A DNA stretch of 64,000 bases from Candidatus Hydrogenedentota bacterium (GTDB taxonomy: Bacteria; Hydrogenedentota; Hydrogenedentia; Hydrogenedentales; SLHB01), in contig CAXXYE010000006.1 in assembly GCA_963674865.2 (NCBI GenBank), positions 128,001 to 192,000 of the forward strand. The letters run 5' to 3'. Shown here piece after piece: positions 10,693-20,909 of the stretch. The stretch's first letter is position 1; each line of letters opens with the position of its first letter. Below the pieces are notes generated by a model that searched no databases, had not been told where the DNA came from, and worked only from the letters and a program-made list of their open reading frames with translations. A program made the translations under genes and the position numbers.

Positions 10693-11989
10693 CGACGCCC
10701 GACAGAAGAGGGCGTCGATCACCACTCTCGGGTGCCGGCTGAATCAAGCCGACGCGGGCCTCATTGAGGAGCGGCTGCGCGCCGCGGGCTACATGATCGT
10801 TCCTTTTGGTGAGCCCGCAGACGTGGGCATCATCAACACCTGCACAGTAACGGGTGAGGCGGACGCGAAATCGCGCAAGCAGATCCGCGCGTTCATTCGG
10901 AAGAATCCCCGTGCATTCGTAGCGGTCGTGGGTTGTTATCCCGAGGTCGAGTCCGAGGCTATCGCCGGGATCAAGGGCGTAGATCTCGTTGTCGGCAACG
11001 AACAGAAACTCGAAGTTCTGGATTACGTTTCCGATAAGAAAAACTCCGCCCCGGTGGTCATTCGGGATTCCATCCAGCGCGCCAACTTCACCATCAGGGC
11101 GACAGGCCAGGGGAGCGTTGAGCGGCGCGTAAACCTCAAGATCCAGGAAGGGTGCGATTTCGCCTGCACGTACTGCATCGTTCCCCGCGCCCGCGGGCCG
11201 GCGCGAAGCCGCGATATGGGCAACTTGCTTGAAGAGGCCGCGCGCCTTGTCGAGCGCGGGGTCAAGGAGATCGTCCTTACCGGCGTGAACATCGGCGCCT
11301 ACAGCTTCAACGACTACACGCTGGTGGACGTCATTCAGCAGATCTGCAAGATCCAAGGGCTCGCCCGCATACGGGTAAGCTCAACGGAGCCCGCGGCCGT
11401 CCATGAAGACCTCTTTCCGCTGATGAACGACCCGTCACACGCGCTCTTGCCGCATCTGCATCTGCCGGTTCAGTCGGGTTCTAACCAGATACTCAAGTCG
11501 ATGAGGCGCCGCTATATCCGCAAGGACTTCCTGGACTTTGTCGAGCGCGCCCACGCGGAAGTCGCCGACATTTGCATCGGCACGGATCTCATGGTTGGAT
11601 TCCCCGGCGAAAACGACGCCGATTTCGATGCCTCATGCCGGCTTCTTGAAGATGGCCACATTGACTACGCGCATGTGTTCAAGTACTCCGAGCGTCCCGG
11701 CACGCCCGCAGCGTCGTTTCCGAACAAGGTCGATGCCAAAGTAAAGAATGCCCGCAGCGCCCGGATTCGCAGGCTCGGCGCGAAGAATCGGCGAAGGTTC
11801 TACCGGGCCCACTTGGGGCGGATTCTGGACGTTCTCTTCGAGGAAGAGGCGGAGGGCCGCTGGCTTGGCTATACGCCGAATTACATCCGCGTGGGTGTGC
11901 GTTCAGAAGAGGCGTTGGATAACATTATTCGGCCAGTACGCTTGATGGAACTCGCAGGCGATATCGTCATTGGGGAGATTGCCGGATGA
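10685..11989 (+). CDS. mtaB: tRNA t6A37 methylthiotransferase
   Basis: TLGCRLNQ, INTCTVT, KIQEGCDFACTYC, HVFKYSERPGT; ATG at 10685 overlaps the miaB end. Confidence 0.9.
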   Translation: MPDDARQKRASITTLGCRLNQADAGLIEERLRAAGYMIVPFGEPADVGIINTCTVTGEADAKSRKQIRAFIRKNPRAFVAVVGCYPEVESEAIAGIKGVDLVVGNEQKLEVLDYVSDKKNSAPVVIRDSIQRANFTIRATGQGSVERRVNLKIQEGCDFACTYCIVPRARGPARSRDMGNLLEEAARLVERGVKEIVLTGVNIGAYSFNDYTLVDVIQQICKIQGLARIRVSSTEPAAVHEDLFPLMNDPSHALLPHLHLPVQSGSNQILKSMRRRYIRKDFLDFVERAHAEVADICIGTDLMVGFPGENDADFDASCRLLEDGHIDYAHVFKYSERPGTPAASFPNKVDAKVKNARSARIRRLGAKNRRRFYRAHLGRILDVLFEEEAEGRWLGYTPNYIRVGVRSEEALDNIIRPVRLMELAGDIVIGEIAG

Positions 11990-12093
11990 GGCCGAGGGTA
12001 TCCTGCAATACTCAGGGAATTTCGATTCAGCGTCCCGCGTTTTACTCAGGAAGGAGAGGACGGCTCTAGTCGGAGAAAGATGGCCGCAATCAC

Positions 12094-12936
12094 ATGTCCA
12101 GCAGCAACGCCAATAATGAACTCCTCACCAAGGAGGAGCACCTTAAACAAGCGCTTGAGAGCTACGGCAGCATTGCTGTGGCCTATTCGGGCGGAGTAGA
12201 TTCCACGTACTTGGCGGATGTTGCACACGAACTGCTGCGTAACAAGGCTCATATGCTCATCGCCGACTCGCCGAGCGTCCCCCGCGCCGAACTCGCCGAG
12301 GCAAAGGGGCTGGCGCGGCAACGGGGATGGCGTCTTGATGTGATCGTCACTGCTGAGTTCACGCTCGATGCCTATCTGCGCAACGATCCACAGCGCTGCT
12401 ACGTCTGCAAGTCCGAGCTGTTCGGGCGAATGAGGCAATACGCCGAGCAGCATAGCCTGGCCGCCGTCGCGCACGGGGAAACCTTGGATGATGCCGCTGA
12501 TCGAACACGCGTGGGTGCTCGCGCCGCAGAAGAACTGGGCGTGGTTGCGCCACTGCGAGAGGCCGGGCTGTGCAAGGAAGACATCCGCAGCTTGAGCAGA
12601 TTCAGGGACCTCCCCACCTGGGATAAACCTTCTTTCGCGTGTCTCGCGTCACGATTCCCTGTGGGCACGCGCCTGAGTCTCGACGCGGTGGCGCGTGTGG
12701 AACAGGCCGAAAACGTGCTGAAGCGGGAGGGCTTTCGCCAGTACCGCGCCCGGCATCACGGGCCGATCTGCCGCGTTGAGCTGGATCCGGGGGAGTTGGC
12801 CAAGGCACTTGCACCGGGCGTCCGGGAACGCATCGTCAGGGACATCACGGCGGCCGGCTACCGGTACGTCACGCTTGATCTGGCCGGTTACCGTACCGGA
12901 AGTACGGCGGCGCTGCCTGAATCGAAGGCGCCGTAG
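12094..12936 (+). CDS. larE: LarE-family ATP-dependent sulfur transferase
   Basis: PP-loop AYSGGVDS, RCYVCK, WDKPSFACLASRFP, YVTLDLAGYRTGS. Confidence 0.88.
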   Translation: MSSSNANNELLTKEEHLKQALESYGSIAVAYSGGVDSTYLADVAHELLRNKAHMLIADSPSVPRAELAEAKGLARQRGWRLDVIVTAEFTLDAYLRNDPQRCYVCKSELFGRMRQYAEQHSLAAVAHGETLDDAADRTRVGARAAEELGVVAPLREAGLCKEDIRSLSRFRDLPTWDKPSFACLASRFPVGTRLSLDAVARVEQAENVLKREGFRQYRARHHGPICRVELDPGELAKALAPGVRERIVRDITAAGYRYVTLDLAGYRTGSTAALPESKAP

Positions 12937-12949
12937 CCGACCCTTTACG

Positions 12950-14317
12950 TCAGCGAAACAGGATCAATGTCGTCGCTTCATAGAACGCCGCGACAGCAAG
13001 CATGGCCCCCGCCAGCAATGCCCCGCTCGCCATGATGCCCAAGCCCGCCAGATACTCTCTGGCCAAACCGCCGCGCGCGATACCGTCAGCCACCCGAATC
13101 GGCAGCACACATGCCACAAACGAAGCGACAATGTACGCCTCAAGCTCCAGTACCATGGTGATCGAGTGGTACGTGAAGCACCACGCCGAACCAATCCAGA
13201 TGGGCGCCACGGCGAATCCTGCGAGGGCGAAACTGAACATGCTCTTGAGTAATCCAGCGCAAGGGATGAATAGGGAAGGCGCAATCGTGAAGGCCACGGT
13301 TCCGACGAGGAAGTTGTGGTGGAATGTGCTGGCTGCGGCGCGGAAGATATGCCCGGATCTGTACGCCGCGCCAACATCACTCAGGCCGCCGTGCTCGAAG
13401 ACGCCGCTCACTACCTGGACGAGGGCGGCGTTCCAGCGGGGATACATACACGCCAGTAGGATGAATAGAAAGAACAGGCCGTAGAGCATGCCGTGGATCG
13501 CCCAAAGCAGGCCCGGCCGTCGCTCCATCTCAGAGAGCACAGGGCGTAGCATACTACCGCGCCATCGCCTCGCGAGCCCTCGGAGCCAACGCACCTGCAG
13601 GGCCGCCCCGCCGCATGCAACAAGGAGCAGTCCGAGCACCACGCCCGCGGAAAAGATCTCGTCGCTCCGCGTTGCCCCACCGATGAGCGTTCCAGAGGCC
13701 TGCTCATCTTCGTCAGATTCACCGGCGCCGAGATGACGCATCCCCCCTGGATCAATCCACCCCCGCTTTGCACCCGCCTCCGCGGAGAACAGGCTCTGGA
13801 AGGCCTCGTTCTTGGGCAAAATGTAGGCAGTCGTCAATCCGGATACGGAGCGGCGGAGGCGTCCCACAACCTGAAAAGACACACCGTCCACAGTCACAGG
13901 GCCGGGGCGGGCAAGGTCGCCCGCGATAACCTCCGGCTTCCCACGCTCTGGCAGCCGTCCGCGCCCAATGAGACCGTTCCAAGCATCGTCAGGCAGAGAG
14001 ATCTCAATAAGGCGGATGTCCCGTATCGCCCTCAGCGCGGACAGGAGGTCCTGTATTTCTGGGGTGTCCTGGAACTTCTTCGGGATTGCCTCGAGAGGCT
14101 TTCCTGCCACTTCACGTACTGCAATGGGGATCGCCTCTTCTCGCAGGGGCGCGCAATCAATCCCTACGAGGGCCTCGGGCCACATCTGCGCGGAGAGCGC
14201 TTGGGTTTCCAGTGCGGCCGCACTGGCTATGAGCAGGATGCCGGCAACGACCGCCAGAGCGGGCCAGGCGAGATTCGCCCATAACCTTTCTCCGGCGAGG
14301 CGAGGCGCGGAATTCAT
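12950..14317 (-). CDS. Membrane protein: N-terminal extracytoplasmic domain plus C-terminal SpoIIM/DUF95-like multi-TM domain
   Basis: N-terminal TM; C-terminal hydrophobic helices with TFHHNF and HSITMVLELEAY…AAFYEA pattern. Confidence 0.55.
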   Translation of the reverse strand: MNSAPRLAGERLWANLAWPALAVVAGILLIASAAALETQALSAQMWPEALVGIDCAPLREEAIPIAVREVAGKPLEAIPKKFQDTPEIQDLLSALRAIRDIRLIEISLPDDAWNGLIGRGRLPERGKPEVIAGDLARPGPVTVDGVSFQVVGRLRRSVSGLTTAYILPKNEAFQSLFSAEAGAKRGWIDPGGMRHLGAGESDEDEQASGTLIGGATRSDEIFSAGVVLGLLLVACGGAALQVRWLRGLARRWRGSMLRPVLSEMERRPGLLWAIHGMLYGLFFLFILLACMYPRWNAALVQVVSGVFEHGGLSDVGAAYRSGHIFRAAASTFHHNFLVGTVAFTIAPSLFIPCAGLLKSMFSFALAGFAVAPIWIGSAWCFTYHSITMVLELEAYIVASFVACVLPIRVADGIARGGLAREYLAGLGIMASGALLAGAMLAVAAFYEATTLILFR

Positions 14318-15345
14318 AAGTCCACGGACACCTTCAACACATGCTCCCGGGCCTGCTCGACGAGTTCAAAGGCAGAAAGGGTGTCTTCGAGAGAGAAGGA
14401 ATGGGTGATCAGTCCCCGTACGTCCACCCTGCCGGCCTCGAGGAGCGCAATGGATCGGGGATAATCAAACCGGAATCGGCGGCACCATTGGAGTCGCAGT
14501 TCTTTGCGCCGTGCGACGCTTACGGGGAAGGAATCATGTTCAGCTCCGGAGATCCCCGTCAGGACGCAACGCCCGGCGGGACGCACGACCTCACAGGTGA
14601 GGCCCGCGGTATCGGACGAGCGGGCACAGTCAAAGGCGACATCCACGCCCCGGCCTCCCGTCTGCTCCAACAAGGCCGCTACCGTATCCTCGCGTTCCGC
14701 GTTGAAAGCAACATCAACGCCATACTTGCGTCCGGCTTCGACGCGGTAGTCCAGCAAGTCCGTACCGTAGAGTCGGCCCACGCCGGCCAACTTGGCCACT
14801 TGCGCCGTGAGAAGTCCTATGGGCCCCAATCCGAGGATGGCCGCCGTCTCGCCTGGCTTGATATCAGCAAGCTCGACCGTATGGACAGCGACGGCCAGCG
14901 GCTCGATCATCGCCGCTTCCGCCGCGCTTACGGAATCAGGCACAGGGAAACAGAATGCCGCATGCACCGTCTTGTATTCGCAGAACGCGCCATCATGGGG
15001 GGGGCCACCGGGGAACACCATATCCTGACACACATTGTAGTGGCCCGTACGGCAATACTCGCACTTCAGGCAAGGTATTCCAGGCTCTACCGCCACGCGC
15101 TTTCCTACCAGCTTCGGATCGGCATCGCTCCCCACAGCCTCGACGATACCGGCGTATTCGTGGCCAAGCACCAGCGGCTCCGTGATGCGTGTGGCGCCGA
15201 TATGCCCTTCCGCGAAGTAGTGCAAGTCCGAGCCGCAGATCCCCACGCTTTCAATGCGGATCAACGCTTCGTGGGACAGCGGGATTGGGCGCTCCATCTC
15301 GACCACGCGCATGTCGCGCGGGCCGTACCATTTCACTGCTTTCAT
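14314..15345 (-). CDS. Zn-dependent polyol/sorbitol dehydrogenase (MDR family)
   Basis: GICGSDLH, GHEYAG, C-x2-C-x2-C-x7-C structural Zn site, EPLAV, GLGPIG. Confidence 0.92.
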   Translation of the reverse strand: MKAVKWYGPRDMRVVEMERPIPLSHEALIRIESVGICGSDLHYFAEGHIGATRITEPLVLGHEYAGIVEAVGSDADPKLVGKRVAVEPGIPCLKCEYCRTGHYNVCQDMVFPGGPPHDGAFCEYKTVHAAFCFPVPDSVSAAEAAMIEPLAVAVHTVELADIKPGETAAILGLGPIGLLTAQVAKLAGVGRLYGTDLLDYRVEAGRKYGVDVAFNAEREDTVAALLEQTGGRGVDVAFDCARSSDTAGLTCEVVRPAGRCVLTGISGAEHDSFPVSVARRKELRLQWCRRFRFDYPRSIALLEAGRVDVRGLITHSFSLEDTLSAFELVEQAREHVLKVSVDL

Positions 15346-15376
15346 TGCGACATCATCCTTCCACCTGGAAAGCCGT

Positions 15377-17863
15377 TCAGGAGCCTGTCACTTGCATGAT
15401 ACGCCCGGCACGCTCCGCTATATTGACAAGGTGGTCGCCTACGCGCTCAAGATGGGCGATGAAATCCAGGAAGACCACCCCGGCCTGAACTTCGCACGTC
15501 TGCGCCTCCAAGCGGCGCACGTGGGCCTCCGTGGCCGCCTTTACCAATTCCGTGATTTCTTCCTCTTTGACAAGTACGTGGTCGACCTCGTTCGACTCGG
15601 CATGACCCAACGTCCTCAGGATAACGTCGAACTGCTGGTTCAACAGATCTTGGAGGCGACGGATATCTTCCTCCGCCGTGTCGGTGATCGTGTGCTGATT
15701 GTCGTGTTTGAGGTGTGTCAACTCGACCAGATTCTCTGAGTGATCTCCAATCCGTTCCGCATCGTTAACAGCGTGGATCAGTGCGGGGATTAGCGTGGCT
15801 TCCATCGGCGCCAGTTCCTTGCGCGAGAGTTCCACAAGGTAGGATGTGATTTCGGCCTGCAGGCGATCAATCAAATCCTCGCGGGCTTTGATCTTCTGAG
15901 CCAGATCCGACGGCCCGCCGTAGAAGAACTCGCAACCTTCATTGATCGACTTCTGCGCGCGCCGAAGCATGTAGCCCACCTCACGAACGGCTTGCTGGAG
16001 CGCAAGCGACGGCGAGTCGAGCAGATGAGGTTCCAGGTACTCCAGGACCGTTTCCCGGTCGGCGTCTGTAACAGGGATCACCTTTCTACACAGCCGCGCC
16101 ATGAAGTCCACGAACGGCAAGAACAGCATACAGTTAAGTACATTGAACGCGGTGTGCGCGTTGGCCACATGGCGCGTGAGGTTCTCAGGTGCCGCGGCAA
16201 ACACCTCCCCCGGCGTAATATGATCCACAAAGCCGAGAAAGACGGGCTGGCCGTGCCAGAGCGGCACAAAAAGCAAGAGGTACATCCAGGCCGCGCCGAA
16301 AATCTTGTAGAGGGCGTGTGCCAGCGCCGCCCGCTTGGCGTTGCGATTAGCGCCGAGCGAAGCGAGGATCGCCGTGATCGTCGTGCCGATGTTATCACCA
16401 ACAACGAGTGGCACCGCGGTGTAAAAACTCACCAGGCCCTGCCCGGATAGCGCGATCACGAGGCCGACGGTCGCTGAACTTGACTGGACAATACACGTGG
16501 CCACGGTTCCGATCACGATGCACATGAGCGTGGACATGGCGGGTATCCGCCCGTCCACCGGCGAACAATCAAACAGCTGGAACAGCGCCTGAAACTCGGG
16601 GCTGTGCCGGAGCGGCTTCAGGGTGTCAGACATGATGGTCATGCCTAGAAACAGCAATCCAAAGCCCATGATGGCCTCACCTAGGGCCTTCAACCACGGA
16701 CGCCGCCCGAGAGCCGTCATGGCAAGTCCTACGGCCACCGCCGGATAGGCGACCCAATCGAGTTGGAATGCCACAATCTGCGCCGTGATGGTGGTTCCAA
16801 TGCTCGCGCCGTATACCACCCCAATGGCCTGGGTGAGGGTCATCAATCCCGCATTCACAAATCCGACGGTCATCACCGTCACCGCGCTTGACGACTGCAC
16901 CATTGCCGTCAAGCCCGCGCCGACTCCCGTCGCAAGGAACCTGTTGCGCGTCATCGCTTGCAGAATGGCCTTGAGTCGCCGGTCGGCCATGCGGCGAAGC
17001 CCTGCCGACATCCCCTTCATTCCAACCAGAAAGATGGCTAGGCCACCGAAGAGCTTCACGAGCATCTTGGTCTTGCTCATGGCCATTGCGTGAAAGGTGA
17101 TCGGGCCCGCCGTGAAGCGGCGCTCTTGGGGAACGGCCGGCCGCGTGTCTCGCAGCGTCACCGACGCGAAGTAGGGCCGAACGCTCTTTCCGAGTGTCCA
17201 CGAGGTGGTGGCAAGTCCCCGTTCGTCCGTCCAAACGAGTTCATCACCGACCGACGAGTCGCTCGAAGCATCGGCCACGCGGAAACACGCCTCAATTCCC
17301 GCCGCGGGCGTCCCCGGGCCATCTTGCAGCCGAACGCCGAACGAATCGATAGTCCCTCCGGTAGGTTCTTCGAGATCGTGGCCGATGAGTTCGACGCCGC
17401 ACAGCACGCGAAACCGAACCGACTTCGCGCCTGACGGCGTATCGACCGAGGCAGTGATGCAGACGTTGCCAGGCCGGCTCCCCAGTCGCACCGTCGCTGA
17501 TGCAGAACCCGCCACGTCCGTTGGGACCTCTAGCCGCGCCAAACCGTTCGCAGCGAAGGCCGCGCCAGCCGCAGGTTCAGCGATAGCGAAGGTGACGCGA
17601 GCACCCACGACGGGCCGGGCGCTTCCCTTACCACCGAGTAGACCGCGCCGGCGCGGCGCCTCCACAATGACCCGGAGGGGACTGGGTAGGAGTTCGCCCT
17701 GTAGGCCACACTGCTCGTCCCCCGAGGCGTAAGGGTCGCGCGAGATGCTTGCGGGGGATAAAGCCACTTGCGAGCGGCAACCGACGAGCAATGCTACGGT
17801 GAAAAGAAAGATGCATAGCGTGGCCAGCGGCACGATCCGAGGCCGCCATGAAAAAGGGCTCAT
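15377..17863 (-). CDS. Na/Pi cotransporter (NptA/YjbB family) with N-terminal lipoprotein signal and Ig-like domains and C-terminal PhoU-like domain, copy 1
   Basis: LLVGC lipobox; two QSSSA motifs; GASIGTT and GDNIGTT; ANAHTAFN; DAERIGDH and LERVGDH. Confidence 0.88.
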   Translation of the reverse strand: MSPFSWRPRIVPLATLCIFLFTVALLVGCRSQVALSPASISRDPYASGDEQCGLQGELLPSPLRVIVEAPRRRGLLGGKGSARPVVGARVTFAIAEPAAGAAFAANGLARLEVPTDVAGSASATVRLGSRPGNVCITASVDTPSGAKSVRFRVLCGVELIGHDLEEPTGGTIDSFGVRLQDGPGTPAAGIEACFRVADASSDSSVGDELVWTDERGLATTSWTLGKSVRPYFASVTLRDTRPAVPQERRFTAGPITFHAMAMSKTKMLVKLFGGLAIFLVGMKGMSAGLRRMADRRLKAILQAMTRNRFLATGVGAGLTAMVQSSSAVTVMTVGFVNAGLMTLTQAIGVVYGASIGTTITAQIVAFQLDWVAYPAVAVGLAMTALGRRPWLKALGEAIMGFGLLFLGMTIMSDTLKPLRHSPEFQALFQLFDCSPVDGRIPAMSTLMCIVIGTVATCIVQSSSATVGLVIALSGQGLVSFYTAVPLVVGDNIGTTITAILASLGANRNAKRAALAHALYKIFGAAWMYLLLFVPLWHGQPVFLGFVDHITPGEVFAAAPENLTRHVANAHTAFNVLNCMLFLPFVDFMARLCRKVIPVTDADRETVLEYLEPHLLDSPSLALQQAVREVGYMLRRAQKSINEGCEFFYGGPSDLAQKIKAREDLIDRLQAEITSYLVELSRKELAPMEATLIPALIHAVNDAERIGDHSENLVELTHLKHDNQHTITDTAEEDIRRLQDLLNQQFDVILRTLGHAESNEVDHVLVKEEEITELVKAATEAHVRRLEAQTCEVQAGVVFLDFIAHLERVGDHLVNIAERAGRIMQVTGS

Positions 17864-18060
17864 TTCCGTCTCCGGGCCTTGTCAGTTAGGCAAAGAAACA
17901 ACAGGGCGAACCTCACGAGCCGATGCGGCAATTCCGCCAAGCCCCTCACTCATCGGCGCCCGTGCATGCTTTGCTCCCCTTGTACGCTACGCCGTTCCCA
18001 AGAGCTTGTCGTGCGAGGACACTGTATCACGAGTTCGGATTCAGGCCCCGTCAGCTTACA

Positions 18061-20553
18061 TCATTTCCCCGTCACACGCACGATGACTCCCGTTCGTTCA
18101 GCAATATTCACAAGGTGATCGCCCACCCGTTCGAGATGCGCGAGAAGGTCCAAGAAGATCACGCCTGCCTGGACCTTGCACTCCTGCCGCTCAAGGCGCT
18201 GGACATGCGCCTCGGTAGCGTCTTGAACCAGCGCCGTAATCGTCTCTTCTCTCGCCAGGACCTGCTGCTCCACGGAGGGATCGGCCTGGTTGAGACTATC
18301 GAGAATGGCCTGAAACTGCTGATTCAGGAGATCCTGAAACTGCTGCACCGTCTCAAGAGCGGTCGGGGAGAGATAGTGATTGCCTTGTCGCGCCAAGTGT
18401 GTCAGTTCGACGAGGTTTTCCGAGTGATCTCCAACGCGTTCGGCGTCGTTGACCACGTGGATCAGCGCCGGTATGAGGGCCGCCTCCGAAGGCTGAAGTG
18501 GTTTCCGAGACAGCTCCACCAAGTAGCTTGTGATCTCCTCTTGAAGTCTGTCGATCACATCTTCCCGGATCAGCAGCTTCTCCTCCAGTTCCCTCGGCCC
18601 TCCGAAGAAGAAGGCACAGCCCTCGTTGATGGATTTCTGCGCCCGGCGCAACATGTAGGCGACCTCCTTCACGGCCTGTTCGAGGGCCAAAGAAGGAGCA
18701 TTCAGCAAGTGAGGTTCGAGGTACTGAAGTACCGTCTCGCGGTCTGCGTCAGTCAGGGGGATGATTCGCTGACAGAGTCTCGCCATCGGGCCCACGAAGA
18801 AGAGAAAGACGGAGCAGTTGATCAGGTTGAAGGTCGTATGCGCGTTGGCCACATGACGCATCAGGTTTTCAGGTTCAGCCGCAAAGGCGTCGCCTGGCGT
18901 AACGGCGTCCACAAGGCCCAGGAAAACAGGCTGGCCGTGCCAGAAGGGAAGAAAGAGCAGAAGGTACATGTAGCTGGCGCCGATCACGTTGAATAGCGTG
19001 TGGGCAAGTGCTGTGCGTCTTGCGTTTCTGTTCGCGCCGATGGATGCAAACACCGCCGTGATGGTGGTGCCAATGTTGTCACCGAGCACCAGCGGTACCG
19101 CCGTGTAGAACGTCAACAGGCCCTGGCTCGAGAGGGCAAGCACCAAACCTACCGTAGCCGAACTCGACTGGACGACCACCGTGGCTATCGTGCCGACGAG
19201 GATACACATCAGGGCCGCACCGGGTCGGACAATGCCGCTAGGACCGGGCGAGCAATCGAAAAGCTGGAACCACGAGACAAACTCGGGGCTGTGGCGAAGA
19301 GGCTTGAGTGTGCCGGACATCGTCTTCATGCCGAGGAAAAGCAGGCCAAAACCCAGGATAGCTTCTCCGAAAGCCTTCACGTTCGGGCGCCGGGCTACCG
19401 TACTTATGATGAGTCCGAGGGCAATGGCCGGATACGCCAGATTGTCCAGTTTGAACGCGATGATCTGCGCGGTGATCGTTGTGCCGATGTTGGCGCCGTA
19501 TACAACACCAATGGCCTGGGTCAGTGTGATGAGGCCCGCGTTAACGAAGCCCACCGTCATCACAGTCACGGCGCTGGACGACTGGACCATGGCTGTGAGG
19601 CCGGCGCCGACCCCCGTTGCGAGGAATCGATTGCGTGTCATCGCCTGCAAAATGCTCTTGAGTCTCCGGTCGGCCATGCGACGCAGTCCGTCCGACATCA
19701 GCTTCATCCCGAAGATGAAGACGGCGAGCCCCCCGAAGAGTTCAAGTGCCATGGCCATCTTGTTGACGGACATCGCCTCGAACTCGATCTCACGAACGTC
19801 GAAACGCTGGGAGTCGGGCAGATTGGAGCGGCGGTCGCGGATGGTAACGGATGCGAAGTTTCGGCCCGTATCCTTGCCGAGGGCCCACGAAGTAGTCGCA
19901 AGTCCCGCCTCGTCCGTGCGCACTTCCGTCGCGCCGATGGAGGCTCCGTCCTCACCACCCTCGACACGGAAGTACACGTCCACTCCCTGCGCGGGGGTTC
20001 CGTCAACATCCGTGAGTCTGACGCCGAAGGCGTCGATCGTCTCCCCAGCGGGAGCTTCCAGGTCTTTGCCGACGACCTCGACCCCTGTCAAAACGCGAAA
20101 TGAGGTGAAGCGAGTCCCCTTTGGCGTATCGACCGACGCTGCGATCTCGGTATCGCCGGGTCGCGTGCCCAGCAAAACATTAGCGGCGGCAATGCCCGCT
20201 GCGTCGGTTTCCTGGACGGTGGTAGAGGCGCCATTGTCAACAAACACGGTGTCCGAGTCCGGGCTGGAAATGGTAAACGTCACCGGCACGCCGCAGGCTG
20301 ATTGGCGCGACCCCTTCCCTCCGAGAACGCCCGGTTCTTTGGGGCCTTGGACAAGAACGCGCAAGGGCTGGGCTAAGGGCTGTCCACAAAGGCCAGACTG
20401 ACCATCCCCGGAGGCGTGAGGCGCTTGACTGATGGTATCTGGTGAAACCTGCCGGTTCGGATGGCAGCCCGGCAGTGAAACGATAGATAGCACCGCCCAC
20501 GCAAGGCACAACCCTACGTGTAACGAGGCCTTTGGACGGTGCGAAAAGTGCAT
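18061..20553 (-). CDS. Na/Pi cotransporter with N-terminal lipoprotein signal and Ig-like domains and PhoU-like domain, copy 2 (tandem paralog)
   Basis: SLPGC lipobox; same motifs and full-length collinearity with 15377..17863. Confidence 0.88.
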   Translation of the reverse strand: MHFSHRPKASLHVGLCLAWAVLSIVSLPGCHPNRQVSPDTISQAPHASGDGQSGLCGQPLAQPLRVLVQGPKEPGVLGGKGSRQSACGVPVTFTISSPDSDTVFVDNGASTTVQETDAAGIAAANVLLGTRPGDTEIAASVDTPKGTRFTSFRVLTGVEVVGKDLEAPAGETIDAFGVRLTDVDGTPAQGVDVYFRVEGGEDGASIGATEVRTDEAGLATTSWALGKDTGRNFASVTIRDRRSNLPDSQRFDVREIEFEAMSVNKMAMALELFGGLAVFIFGMKLMSDGLRRMADRRLKSILQAMTRNRFLATGVGAGLTAMVQSSSAVTVMTVGFVNAGLITLTQAIGVVYGANIGTTITAQIIAFKLDNLAYPAIALGLIISTVARRPNVKAFGEAILGFGLLFLGMKTMSGTLKPLRHSPEFVSWFQLFDCSPGPSGIVRPGAALMCILVGTIATVVVQSSSATVGLVLALSSQGLLTFYTAVPLVLGDNIGTTITAVFASIGANRNARRTALAHTLFNVIGASYMYLLLFLPFWHGQPVFLGLVDAVTPGDAFAAEPENLMRHVANAHTTFNLINCSVFLFFVGPMARLCQRIIPLTDADRETVLQYLEPHLLNAPSLALEQAVKEVAYMLRRAQKSINEGCAFFFGGPRELEEKLLIREDVIDRLQEEITSYLVELSRKPLQPSEAALIPALIHVVNDAERVGDHSENLVELTHLARQGNHYLSPTALETVQQFQDLLNQQFQAILDSLNQADPSVEQQVLAREETITALVQDATEAHVQRLERQECKVQAGVIFLDLLAHLERVGDHLVNIAERTGVIVRVTGK

Positions 20554-20909
20554 ACCTAACGGAAGTGTTTACAGCGGTTTACGCATAACCCCAGCAGTAT
20601 TGTTCATCAGCAATACCCGCTCTCTCCGAGGGGCGCGATGACGGCACATCGTCCCATGGAACGTCGACTGCAACCGCCATAACTTGTCCGAGAATACCAT
20701 CCCGGGGCTTTGCCAATCAATTCGAGTCTCGCCTGTGAAACGGAGAAGGCAAGCCCACAACACACCAAGCGACTGGGAGCGGCGCTTCGTCGCGCTTGCG
20801 CTGTTTCGACGGCTCCTGATAGTATCACGGCCAGTCAGAGGCCCATCGGTTCCGTGCTCTAGCGGGCCGTGGTGCGGCAGGGGCATCGAATCCCGGAGGT
20901 GAAAAAGAG

